Shown: one piece after another, positions 11,673 to 24,593 of the stretch
How the letters are laid out: every line of letters begins with the position of its first letter
Position numbering within the stretch: position 1 is the stretch's first letter
Origin: Auanema rhodensis
Lineage: Eukaryota; Animalia; Nematoda
DNA length: 64,000 nt
Direction of reading: 5' to 3'
Assembly: GCA_964057225.1 (NCBI GenBank)
Contig: OZ059899.1
Span: forward strand, 21,204,001 to 21,268,000
Made by a program: the position numbers and the translations under genes
Notes under the pieces: model-generated
The model's input: only the letters and a program-made list of their open reading frames with translations
What the model was told of the DNA's origin: nothing
Database searches by the model: none

Positions 11673-14600
11673 AGTAGTATAGTGCATTCGATGCGGATTT
11701 TCAAGCTGCGTCGATCTGTGTTATCAGATTTGCGCTAGCTTAAAAATGCACCGAGATATCAACTAATATAAGTTCACACTTATATTCTCGATTTTCACCC
11801 TGAAGAATTAATTTTTTCGTTGAATAACATTGTCCATCGTCTTTGCCTTGAAAAAAGGAATCTAAAAACATCTACTTTTTGCTAAATTATTTTGAAATTT
11901 TTCGAAAAAATTTTTGTCAAAATGTTTTTGGAAGCAATGTTGAGTGTACATGGAAACTCAACGTACACTAATGCATCATTTTTCAAACGATCATAACTAA
12001 TTTTTGTATTAAGCGTTTCTCAATGTAGTATAGTGCATTCGATGCGGATTTTTAAGCTGCGTCGATCTGTGTTATCAGATTTGCGCTAGCTTAAAAATGC
12101 ACCGAGATATCAACTGATATAAGTTCACACTTATATCCTCGATTTTCACCCTGAAGAATTAATTTTTTCGTTGAATAACATTGTCCATCGTCTTTGCCTT
12201 GAAAAAAGGAATCTAAAAACATCTACTTTTTGCTAAATTATTTTGAAATTTTTCGAAAAAATTTTTGTCAAAATGTTTTTGGAAGCAATGTTGAGTGTAC
12301 ATGGAAAGTCAACGTACACTAATGCATCATTTTTCAAACGATCATAACTAATTTTTGTATTAAGCGTTTCTCAATGTAGTATAGTGCATTCGATGCGGAT
12401 TTTTAAGCTGCGTCGATCTGTGTTATCAGATTTGCGCTAGCTTAAAAATGCACCGAGATATCAACTGATATAAGTTCACACTTATATCCTCGATTTTCAC
12501 CCTGAAGAATTAATTTTTTCGTTGAATAACATTGTCCATCGTCTTTGCCTTGAAAAAAGGAATCTAAAAACATCTACTTTTTGCTAAATTATTTTGAAAT
12601 TTTTCGAAAAAATTTTTGTCAAAATGTTTTTGGAAGCAATGTTGAGTGTACATGGAAACTCAACGTACACTAATGCATCATTTTTCAAACGATCATAACT
12701 AATTTTTGTATTAAGCGTTTCTCAATATAGTATAGTGCATTCGATGCGGATTTTTAAGCTGCGTCGATCTGTATTATTAGATTTGCGCTAGCTTAAAAAT
12801 GCACCGAGATATCAACTGATATAAGTTCACACTTATATCCTCGATTTTCACCCTGAAGAATTAATTTTTTCGTTGAATAACATTGTCCATCGTCTTTGCC
12901 TTGAAAAAAGGAATCTAAAAACATCTACTTTTTGCTAAATTATTTTGAAATTTTTTGAAAAAATTTTTGTCAAAATGTTTTTGGAAGCAATGTTGAGTGT
13001 ACATGGAAACTCAACATACACTAATGCATCATTTTTCAAACGATCATAACTAATTTTTGTATTAAGCGTTTCTCAAAGTAGTATAGTGCATTCGATGCGG
13101 ATTTTTAAGCTGCGTCGATCTGTGTTATCAGATTTGCGCTAGCTTAAAAATGCACCGAGATATCAACTGATATAAGTTCACACTTATATCCTCGATTTTC
13201 ACCCTGAAGAATTAATTTTTTCGTTGAATAACATTGTCCATCGTCTTTGCCTTGAAAAAAGGAATCTAAAAACATCTACTTTTTGCTAAATTATTTTGAA
13301 ATTTTTTGAAAAAATTTTTGTCAAAATGTTTTTGGAAGCAATGTTGACTGTACATGGAAACTCAACATACACTAATGCATCATTTTTCAAACGATCATAA
13401 CTAATTTTTGTATTAAGCGTTTCTCAAAGTAGTATAGTGCATTCGATGCGGATTTTCAAGCTGCGTCGATCTGTGTTATCAGATTTGCGCTAGCTTAAAA
13501 ATGCACCGAGATATCAACTAATATAAGTTCACACTTATATTCTCGATTTTCACCCTGAAGAATTAATTTTTTCGTTGAATAACATTGTCCATCGTCTTTG
13601 CCTTGAAAAAAGGAATCTAAAAACATCTACTTTTTGCTAAATTATTTTGAAATTTTTCGAAAAAATTTTTGTCAAAATGTTTTTGGAAGCAATGTTGAGT
13701 GTACATGGAAACTCAACGTACACTAATGCATCATTTTTCAAACGATCATAACTAATTTTTGTATTAAGCGTTTCTCAATGTAGTATAGTGCATTCGATGC
13801 GGATTTTTAAGCTGCGTCGATCTGTGTTATCAGATTTGCGCTAGCTTAAAAATGCACCGAGATATCAACTGATATAAGTTCACACTTATATCCTCGATTT
13901 TCACCCTGAAGAATTAATTTTTTCGTTGAATAACATTGTCCATCGTCTTTGCCTTGAAAAAAGGAATCTAAAAACATCTACTTTTTGCTAAATTATTTTG
14001 AAATTTTTCGAAAAAATTTTTGTCAAAATGTTTTTGGAAGCAATGTTGAGTGTACATGGAAACTCAACGTACACTAATGCATCATTTTTCAAACGATCAT
14101 AACTAATTTTTGTATTAAGCGTTTCTCGATATAGTATAGTGCATTCGATGCGGATTTTTAAGCTGCGTCGATCTGTATTATTAGATTTGCGCTAGCTTAA
14201 AAATGCACCGAGATATCAACTGATATAAGTTCACACTTATATCCTCGATTTTCACCCTGAAGAATTAATTTTTTCGTTGAATAACATTGTCCATCGTCTT
14301 TGCCTTGAAAAAAGGAATCTAAAAACATCTACTTTTTGCTAAATTATTTTGAAATTTTTCGAAAAAATTTTTGTCAAAATGTTTTTGGAAGCAATGTTGA
14401 GTGTACATGGAAACTCAACGTACACTAATGCATCATTTTTCAAACGATCATAACTAATTTTTGTATTAAGCGTTTCTCAATATAGTATAGTGCATTCGAT
14501 GCGGATTTTTAAGCTGCGTCGATCTGTATTATTAGATTTGCGCTAGCTTAAAAATGCACCGAGATATCAACTGATATAAGTTCACACTTATATCCTCGAT

Positions 14601-17600
14601 TTTCACCCTGAAGAATTAATTTTTTCGTTGAATAACATTGTCCATCGTCTTTGCCTTGAAAAAAGGAATCTAAAAACATCTACTTTTTGCTAAATTATTT
14701 TGAAATTTTTTGAAAAAATTTTTGTCAAAATGTTTTTGGAAGCAATGTTGAGTGTACATGGAAACTCAACATACACTAATGCATCATTTTTCAAACGATC
14801 ATAACTAATTTTTGTATTAAGCGTTTCTCAAAGTAGTATAGTGCATTCGATGCGGATTTTTAAGCTGCGTCGATCTGTGTTATCAGATTTGCGCTAGCTT
14901 AAAAATGCACCGAGATATCAACTGATATAAGTTCACACTTATATCCTCGATTTTCACCCTGAAGAATTAATTTTTTCGTTGAATAACATTGTCCATCGTC
15001 TTTGCCTTGAAAAAAGGAATCTAAAAACATCTACTTTTTGCTAAATTATTTTGAAATTTTTTGAAAAAATTTTTGTCAAAATGTTTTTGGAAGCAATGTT
15101 GACTGTACATGGAAACTCAACATACACTAATGCATCATTTTTCAAACGATCATAACTAATTTTTGTATTAAGCGTTTCTCAAAGTAGTATAGTGCATTCG
15201 ATGCGGATTTTCAAGCTGCGTCGATCTGTGTTATCAGATTTGCGCTAGCTTAAAAATGCACCGAGATATCAACTAATATAAGTTCACACTTATATTCTCG
15301 ATTTTCACCCTGAAGAATTAATTTTTTCGTTGAATAACATTGTCCATCGTCTTTGCCTTGAAAAAAGGAATCTAAAAACATCTACTTTTTGCTAAATTAT
15401 TTTGAAATTTTTCGAAAAAATTTTTGTCAAAATGTTTTTGGAAGCAATGTTGAGTGTACATGGAAACTCAACGTACACTAATGCATCATTTTTCAAACGA
15501 TCATAACTAATTTTTGTATTAAGCGTTTCTCAATGTAGTATAGTGCATTCGATGCGGATTTTTAAGCTGCGTCGATCTGTGTTATCAGATTTGCGCTAGC
15601 TTAAAAATGCACCGAGATATCAACTGATATAAGTTCACACTTATATCCTCGATTTTCACCCTGAAGAATTAATTTTTTCGTTGAATAACATTGTCCATCG
15701 TCTTTGCCTTGAAAAAAGGAATCTAAAAACATCTACTTTTTGCTAAATTATTTTGAAATTTTTCGAAAAAATTTTTGTCAAAATGTTTTTGGAAGCAATG
15801 TTGAGTGTACATGGAAACTCAACGTACACTAATGCATCATTTTTCAAACGATCATAACTAATTTTTGTATTAAGCGTTTCTCAATATAGTATAGTGCATT
15901 CGATGCGGATTTTTAAGCTGCGTCGATCTGTATTATTAGATTTGCGCTAGCTTAAAAATGCACCGAGATATCAACTGATATAAGTTCACACTTATATCCT
16001 CGATTTTCACCCTGAAGAATTAATTTTTTCGTTGAATAACATTGTCCATCGTCTTTGCCTTGAAAAAAGGAATCTAAAAACATCTACTTTTTGCTAAATT
16101 ATTTTGAAATTTTTTGAAAAAATTTTTGTCAAAATGTTTTTGGAAGCAATGTTGACTGTACATGGAAACTCAACATACACTAATGCATCATTTTTCAAAC
16201 GATCATAACTAATTTTTGTATTAAGCGTTTCTTAAAGTAGTATAGTGCATTCGATGCGGATTTTTAAACTGCGTCGATCTGTGTTATCAGATTTGCGCTA
16301 GCTTAAAAATGCACCGAGATATCAACTAATATAAGTTCACACTTATATCCTCGATTTTCACCCTGAAGAATTAATTTTTTCGTTGAATAACATTGTCCAT
16401 CGTCTTTGCCTTGAAAAAAGGAATCTAAAAACATCTACTTTTTGCTAAATTATTTTGAAATTTTTTGAAAAAATTTTTGTCAAAATGTTTTTGGAAGCAA
16501 TGTTGAGTGTACATGGAAACTCAACGTACACTAATGCATCATTTTTCAAACGATCATAACTAATTTTTGTATTAAGCGTTTCTCAATATAGTATAGTGCA
16601 TTCGATGCGGATTTTTAAGCTGCGTCGATCTGTATTATTAGATTTGCGCTAGCTTAAAAATGCACCGAGATATCAACTGATATAAGTTCACACTTATATC
16701 CTCGATTTTCACCCTGAAGAATTAATTTTTTCGTTGAATAACATTGTCCATCGTCTTTGCCTTGAAAAAAGGAATCTAAAAACATCTACTTTTTGCTAAA
16801 TTATTTTGAAATTTTTTGAAAAAATTTTTGTCAAAATGTTTTTGGAAGCAATGTTGAGTGTACATGGAAACTCAACATACACTAATGCATCATTTTTCAA
16901 ACGATCATAACTAATTTTTGTATTAAGCGTTTCTCAAAGTAGTATAGTGCATTCGATGCGGATTTTTAAGCTGCGTCGATCTGTGTTATCAGATTTGCGC
17001 TAGCTTAAAAATGCACCGAGATATCAACTAATATAAGTTCACACTTACATATATCCTCGATTTTCACCCTGAAGAATTAATTTTTTCGTTGAATAACATT
17101 GTCCATCGTCTTTGCCTTGAAAAAAGGAATCTAAAAACATCTACTTTTTGCTAAATTATTTTGAAATTTTTCGAAAAAATTTTTGTCAAAATGTTTTTGG
17201 AAGCAATGTTGAGTGTACATGGAAACTCAACGTACACTAATGCATCATTTTTCAAACGATCATAACTAATTTTTGTATTAAGCGTTTCTCAATGTAGTAT
17301 AGTGCATTCGATGCGGATTTTTAAGCTGCGTCGATCTGTGTTATCAGATTTGCGCTAGCTTAAAAATGCACCGAGATATCAACTAATATAAGTTCACACT
17401 TATATCCTCGATTTTCACCCTGAAGAATTAATTTTTTCGTTGAATAACATTGTCCATCGTCTTTGCCTTGAAAAAAGGAATCTAAAAACATCTACTTTTT
17501 GCTAAATTATTTTGAAATTTTTTGAAAAAATTTTTGTCAAAATGTTTTTGGAAGCAATGTTGAGTGTACATGGAAACTCAACATACACTAATGCATCATT

Positions 17601-18268
17601 TTTCAAACGATCATAACTAATTTTTGTATTAAGCGTTTCTCAATATAGTATAGTGCATTCGATGCGGATTTTTAAGCTGCGTCGATCTGTATTATTAGAT
17701 TTGCGCTAGCTTAAAAATGCACCGAGATATCAACTGATATAAGTTCACACTTATATCCTCGATTTTCACCCTGAAGAATTAATTTTTTCGTTGAATAACA
17801 TTGTCCATCGTCTTTGCCTTGAAAAAAGCAATCTAAAAACATCTACTTTTTGCTAAATTATTTTGAAATTTTTCGAAAAATTTCAAAATCAAAATGTTTT
17901 TGGAAGCAATGTTGAGTGTACATGGAAACTCAACATACACTAATGCATCATTTTTCAAACGATCATAACTAATTTTTGTATTAAGCGTTTCTCAAAGTAG
18001 TATAGTGCATTCGATGCGGATTTTTAAGCTGCGTCGATCTGTGTTATCAGATTTGCGCTAGCTTAAAAATGCACCGAGATATCAACTGATATAAGTTCAC
18101 ACTTATATCCTCGATTTTCACCCTGAAGAATTAATTTTTTCGTTGAATAACATTGTCCATCGTCTTTGCCTTGAAAAAAGGAATCTAAAAACATCTACTT
18201 TTTGCTAAATTATTTTGAAATTTTTTGAAAAAATTTTTGTCAAAATGTTTTTGGAAGCAATGTTGACT

Positions 18269-21200
18269 GTACATGGAAACTCAACATACACTAATGCATC
18301 ATTTTTCAAACGATCATAACTAATTTTTGTATTAAGCGTTTTTCAATGTAGTATAGTGCATTCGATGCGGATTTTTAAGCTGCGTCGATCTGTGTTATCA
18401 GATTTGCGCTAGCTTAAAAATGCACCGAGATATCAACTGATATAAGTTCACACTTATATCCTCGATTTTCACCCTGAAGAACTAATTTTTTCGTTGAATA
18501 ACATTGTCCATCGTCTTTGCCTTGAAAAAAGGAATCTAAAAACATCTACTTTTTGCTAAATTATTTTGAAATTTTTCGAAAAATCTCAAAATCAAAATGT
18601 TTTTGGAAGCAATGTTGAGTGTACATGGAAACTCAACATACACTAATGCATCATTTTTCAAACGATCATAACTAATTTTTGTATTAAGCGTTTCTCAGAG
18701 TAGTATAGTGCATTCGATGCGGATTTTCAAGCTGCGTCGATCTGTGTTATCAGATTTGCGCTAGCTTAAAAATGCACCGAGATATCAACTAATATAAGTT
18801 CACACTTATATTCTCGATTTTCACCCTGAAGAATTAATTTTTTCGTTGAATAACATTGTCCATCGTCTTTGCCTTGAAAAAAGGAATCTAAAAACATCTA
18901 CTTTTTGCTAAATTATTTTGAAATTTTTTGAAAAAATTTTTGTCAAAATGTTTTTGGAAGCAATGTTGACTGTACATGGAAACTCAACATACACTAATGC
19001 ATCATTTTTCAAACGATCATAACTAATTTTTGTATTAAGCGTTTTTCAATGTAGTATAGTGCATTCGATGCGGATTTTTAAGCTGCGTCGATCTGTGTTA
19101 TCAGATTTGCGCTAGCTTAAAAATGCACCGATATATCAACTGATATAAGTTCACACTTATATCCTCGATTTTCACCCTGAAGAACTAATTTTTTCGTTGA
19201 ATAACATTGTCCATCGTCTTTGCCTTGAAAAAAGGAATCTAAAAACATCTACTTTTTGCTAAATTATTTTGAAATTTTTCGAAAAATCTCAAAATCAAAA
19301 TGTTTTTGGAAGCAATGTTGAGTGTACATGGAAACTCAACATACACTAATGCATCATTTTTCAAACGATCATAACTAATTTTTGTATTAAGCGTTTCTCA
19401 GAGTAGTATAGTGCATTCGATGCGGATTTTCAAGCTGCGTCGATCTGTGTTATCAGATTTGCGCTAGCTTAAAAATGCACCGAGATATCAACTAATATAA
19501 GTTCACACTTATATTCTCGATTTTCACCCTGAAGAATTAATTTTTTCGTTGAATAACATTGTCCATCGTCTTTGCCTTGAAAAAAGGAATCTAAAAACAT
19601 CTACTTTTTGCTAAATTATTTTGAAATTTTTCGAAAAAATTTTTGTCAAAATGTTTTTGGAAGCAATGTTGAGTGTACATGGAAACTCAACGTACACTAA
19701 TGCATCATTTTTCAAACGATCATAACTAATTTTTGTATTAAGCGTTTCTCAATGTAGTATAGTGCATTCGATGCGGATTTTTAAGCTGCGTCGATCTGTG
19801 TTATCAGATTTGCGCTAGCTTAAAAATGCACCGAGATATCAACTAATATAAGTTCACACTTATATCCTCGATTTTCACCCTGAAGAATTAATTTTTTCGT
19901 TGAATAACATTGTCCATCGTTTTTGCCTTGAAAAAAGGAATCTAAAAACATCTACTTTTTGCTAAATTATTTTGAAATTTTTCGAAAAATCTCAAAATCA
20001 AAATGTTTTTGGAAGCAATGTTGAGTGTACATGGAAACTCAACATACACTAATGCATCATTTTTCAAACGATCATAACTAATTTTTGTATTAAGCGTTTC
20101 TCAGAGTAGTATAGTGCATTCGATGCGGATTTTCAAGCTGCGTCGATCTGTGTTATCAGATTTGCGCTAGCTTAAAAATGCACCGAGATATCAACTAATA
20201 TAAGTTCACACTTATATTCTCGATTTTCACCCTGAAGAATTAATTTTTTCGTTGAATAACATTGTCCATCGTCTTTGCCTTGAAAAAAGGAATCTAAAAA
20301 CATCTACTTTTTGCTAATTTATTTTGAAATTTTTTGAAAAAATTTTTGTCAAAATGTTTTTGGAAGCAATGTTGACTGTACATGGAAACTCAACATACAC
20401 TAATGCATCATTTTTCAAACGATCATAACTAATTTTTGTATTAAGCGTTTCTCAGAGTAGTATAGTGCATTCGATGCGGATTTTCAAGCTGCGTCGATCT
20501 GTGTTATCAGATTTGCGCTAGCTTAAAAATGCACCGAGATATCAACTAATATAAGTTCACACTTATATTCTCGATTTTCACCCTGAAGAATTAATTTTTT
20601 CGTTGAATAACATTGTCCATCGTCTTTGCCTTGAAAAAAGGAATCTAAAAACATCTACTTTTTGCTAATTTATTTTGAAATTTTTTGAAAAAATTTTTGT
20701 CAAAATGTTTTTGGAAGCAATGTTGACTGTACATGGAAACTCAACATACACTAATGCATCATTTTTCAAACGATCATAACTAATTTTTGTATTAAGCGTT
20801 TCTCAATGTAGTATAGTGCATTCGATGCGGATTTTTAAGCTGCGTCGATCTGTGTTATCAGATTTGCGCTAGCTTAAAAATGCACCGAGATATCAACTGA
20901 TATAAGTTCACACTTATATCCTCGATTTTCACCCTGAAGAACTAATTTTTTCGTTGAATAACATTGTCCATCGTCTTTGCCTTGAAAAAAGGAATCTAAA
21001 AACATCTACTTTTTGCTAAATTATTTTGAAATTTTTCGAAAAATCTCAAAATCAAAATGTTTTTGGAAGCAATGTTGAGTGTACATGGAAACTCAACATA
21101 CACTAATGCATCATTTTTCAAACGATCATAACTAATTTTTGTATTAAGCGTTTCTCAGAGTAGTATAGTGCATTCGATGCGGATTTTCAAGCTGCGTCGA

Positions 21201-24200
21201 TCTGTGTTATCAGATTTGCGCTAGCTTAAAAATGCACCGAGATATCAACTAATATAAGTTCACACTTATATTCTCGATTTTCACCCTGAAGAATTAATTT
21301 TTTCGTTGAATAACATTGTCCATCGTCTTTGCCTTGAAAAAAGGAATCTAAAAACATCTACTTTTTGCTAAATTATTTTGAAATTTTTCGAAAAAATTTT
21401 TGTCAAAATGTTTTTGGAAGCAATGTTGAGTGTACATGGAAACTCAACGTACACTAATGCATCATTTTTCAAACGATCATAACTAATTTTTGTATTAAGC
21501 GTTTCTCAATGTAGTATAGTGCATTCGATGCGGATTTTTAAGCTGCGTCGATCTGTGTTATCAGATTTGCGCTAGCTTAAAAATGCACCGAGATATCAAC
21601 TAATATAAGTTCACACTTATATCCTCGATTTTCACCCTGAAGAATTAATTTTTTCGTTGAATAACATTGTCCATCGTTTTTGCCTTGAAAAAAGGAATCT
21701 AAAAACATCTACTTTTTGCTAAATTATTTTGAAATTTTTTGAAAAAATTTTTGTCAAAATGTTTTTGGAAGCAATGTTGACTGTACATGGAAACTCAACA
21801 TACACTAATGCATCATTTTTCAAACGATCATAACTAATTTTTGTATTAAGCGTTTCTCAATATAGTATAGTGCATTCGATGCGGATTTTTAAGCTGCGTC
21901 GATCTGTGTTATCAGATTTGCGCTAGCTTAAAAATGCACCGAGATATCAACTGATATAAGTTCACACTTATATCCTCGATTTTCACCCTGAAGAATTAAT
22001 TTTTTCGTTGAATTACATTGTCCATCGTCTTTGCCTTGAAAAAAGGAATCTAAAAACATCTACTTTTTGCTAAATTATTTTGAAATTTTTTGAAAAAATT
22101 TTTGTCAAAATGTTTTTGGAAGCAATGTTGACTGTACATGGAAACTCAACATACACTAATGCATCATTTTTCAAACGATCATAACTAATTTTTGTATTAA
22201 GCGTTTTTCAATGTAGTATAGTGCATTCGATGCGGATTTTTAAGCTGCGTCGATCTGTGTTATCAGATTTGCGCTAGCTTAAAAATGCACCGAGATATCA
22301 ACTGATATAAGTTCACACTTATATCCTCGATTTTCACCCTGAAGAACTAATTTTTTCGTTAAATAACATTGTCCATCGTCTTTGCCTTGAAAAAAGGAAT
22401 CTAAAAACATCTACTTTTTGCTAAATTATTTTGAAATTTTTCGAAAAATCTCAAAATCAAAATGTTTTTGGAAGCAATGTTGAGTGTACATGGAAACTCA
22501 ACATACACTAATGCATCATTTTTCAAACGATCATAACTAATTTTTGTATTAAGCGTTTCTCAGAGTAGTATAGTGCATTCGATGCGGATTTTCAAGCTGC
22601 GTCGATCTGTGTTATCAGATTTGCGCTAGCTTAAAAATGCACCGAGATATCAACTAATATAAGTTCACACTTATATTCTCGATTTTCACCCTGAAGAATT
22701 AATTTTTTCGTTGAATAACATTGTCCATCGTCTTTGCCTTGAAAAAAGGAATCTAAAAACATCTACTTTCTGCTAAATTATTTTGAAATTTTTCGAAAAA
22801 ATTTTTGTCAAAATGTTTTTGGAAGCAATGTTGACTGTACATGGAAACTCAACATACACTAATGCATCATTTTTCAAACGATCATAACTAATTTTTGTAT
22901 TAAGCGTTTTTCAATGTAGTATAGTGCATTCGATGCGGATTTTTAAGCTGCGTCGATCTGTGTTATCAGATTTGCGCTAGCTTAAAAATGCACCGAGATA
23001 TCAACTAATATAAGTTCACACTTATATCCTCGATTTTCACCCTGAAGAATTAATTTTTTCGTTGAATAACATTGTCCATCGTCTTTGCCTTGAAAAAAGG
23101 AATCTAAAAACATCTACTTTTTGCTAAATTATTTTGAAATTTTTTGAAAAAAGTTTTGTCAAAATGTTTTTGGAAGCAATGTTGAGTGTACATGGAAACT
23201 CAACATACACTAATGCATCATTTTTCAAACGATCATAACTAATTTTTGTATTAAGCGTTTCTCAATATAGTATAGTGCATTCGATGCGGATTTTTAAGCT
23301 GCGTCGATCTGTATTATTAGATTTGCGCTAGCTTAAAAATGCACCGAGATATCAACTGATATAAGTTCACACTTATATCCTCGATTTTCACCCTGAAGAA
23401 TTAATTTTTTCGTTGAATAACATTGTCCATCGTCTTTGCCTTGAAAAAAGCAATCTAAAAACATCTACTTTTTGCTAAATTATTCTGAAATTTTTCGAAA
23501 AATTTCAAAATCAAAATGTTTTTGGAAGCAATGTTGAGTGTACATGGAAACTCAACATACACTAATGCATCATTTTTCAAACGATCATAACTAATTTTTG
23601 TATTAAGCGTTTCTCAAAGTAGTATAGTGCATTCGATGCGGATTTTTAAGCTGCGTCGATCTGTGTTATCAGATTTGCGCTAGCTTAAAAATGCACCGAG
23701 ATATCAACTGATATAAGTTCACACTTATATCCTCGATTTTCACCCTGAAGAATTAATTTTTTCGTTGAATAACATTGTCCATCGTCTTTGCCTTGAAAAA
23801 AGGAATCTAAAAACATCTACTTTTTGCTAAATTATTTTGAAATTTTTTGAAAAAATTTTTGTCAAAATGTTTTTGGAAGCAATGTTGACTGTACATGGAA
23901 ACTCAACATACACTAATGCATCATTTTTCAAACGATCATAACTAATTTTTGTATTAAGCGTTTTTCAATGTAGTATAGTGCATTCGATGCGGATTTTTAA
24001 GCTGCGTCGATCTGTGTTATCAGATTTGCGCTAGCTTAAAAATGCACCGAGATATCAACTGATATAAGTTCACACTTATATCCTCGATTTTCATCCTGAA
24101 GAACTAATTTTTTCGTTGAATAACATTGTCCATCGTCTTTGCCTTGAAAAAAGGAATCTAAAAACATCTACTTTTTGCTAAATTATTTTGAAATTTTTCG

Positions 24201-24593
24201 AAAAATCTCAAAATCAAAATGTTTTTGGAAGCAATGTTGAGTGTACATGGAAACTCAACATACACTAATGCATCATTTTTCAAACGATCATAACTAATTT
24301 TTGTATTAAGCGTTTCTCAGAGTAGTATAGTGCATTCGATGCGGATTTTCAAGCTGCGTCGATCTGTGTTATCAGATTTGCGCTAGCTTAAAAATGCACC
24401 GAGATATCAACTAATATAAGTTCACACTTATATTCTCGATTTTCACCCTGAAGAATTAATTTTTTCGTTGAATAACATTGTCCATCGTCTTTGCCTTGAA
24501 AAAAGGAATCTAAAAACATCTACTTTTTGCTAAATTATTTTGAAATTTTTCGAAAAAATTTTTGTCAAAATGTTTTTGGAAGCAATGTTGAGT
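18269..24593. repeat. Subfamily domain B (monomers 53-70), derived from A
   Basis: Adds ctcagagtag, aatctcaaaatc and gtttttcaatg variants that I did not see outside this interval. Confidence 0.75.

Larger units (their letters stand above)
1..18268. repeat. Subfamily domain A (monomers 1-52)
   Basis: Diagnostic variants: ctcaaagtag; ctcaatatag linked to gtattattag; actaatataag/atattctc; 352-bp tttcaaaatc variant; ttgactgtac. Boundaries are approximate. Confidence 0.8.
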
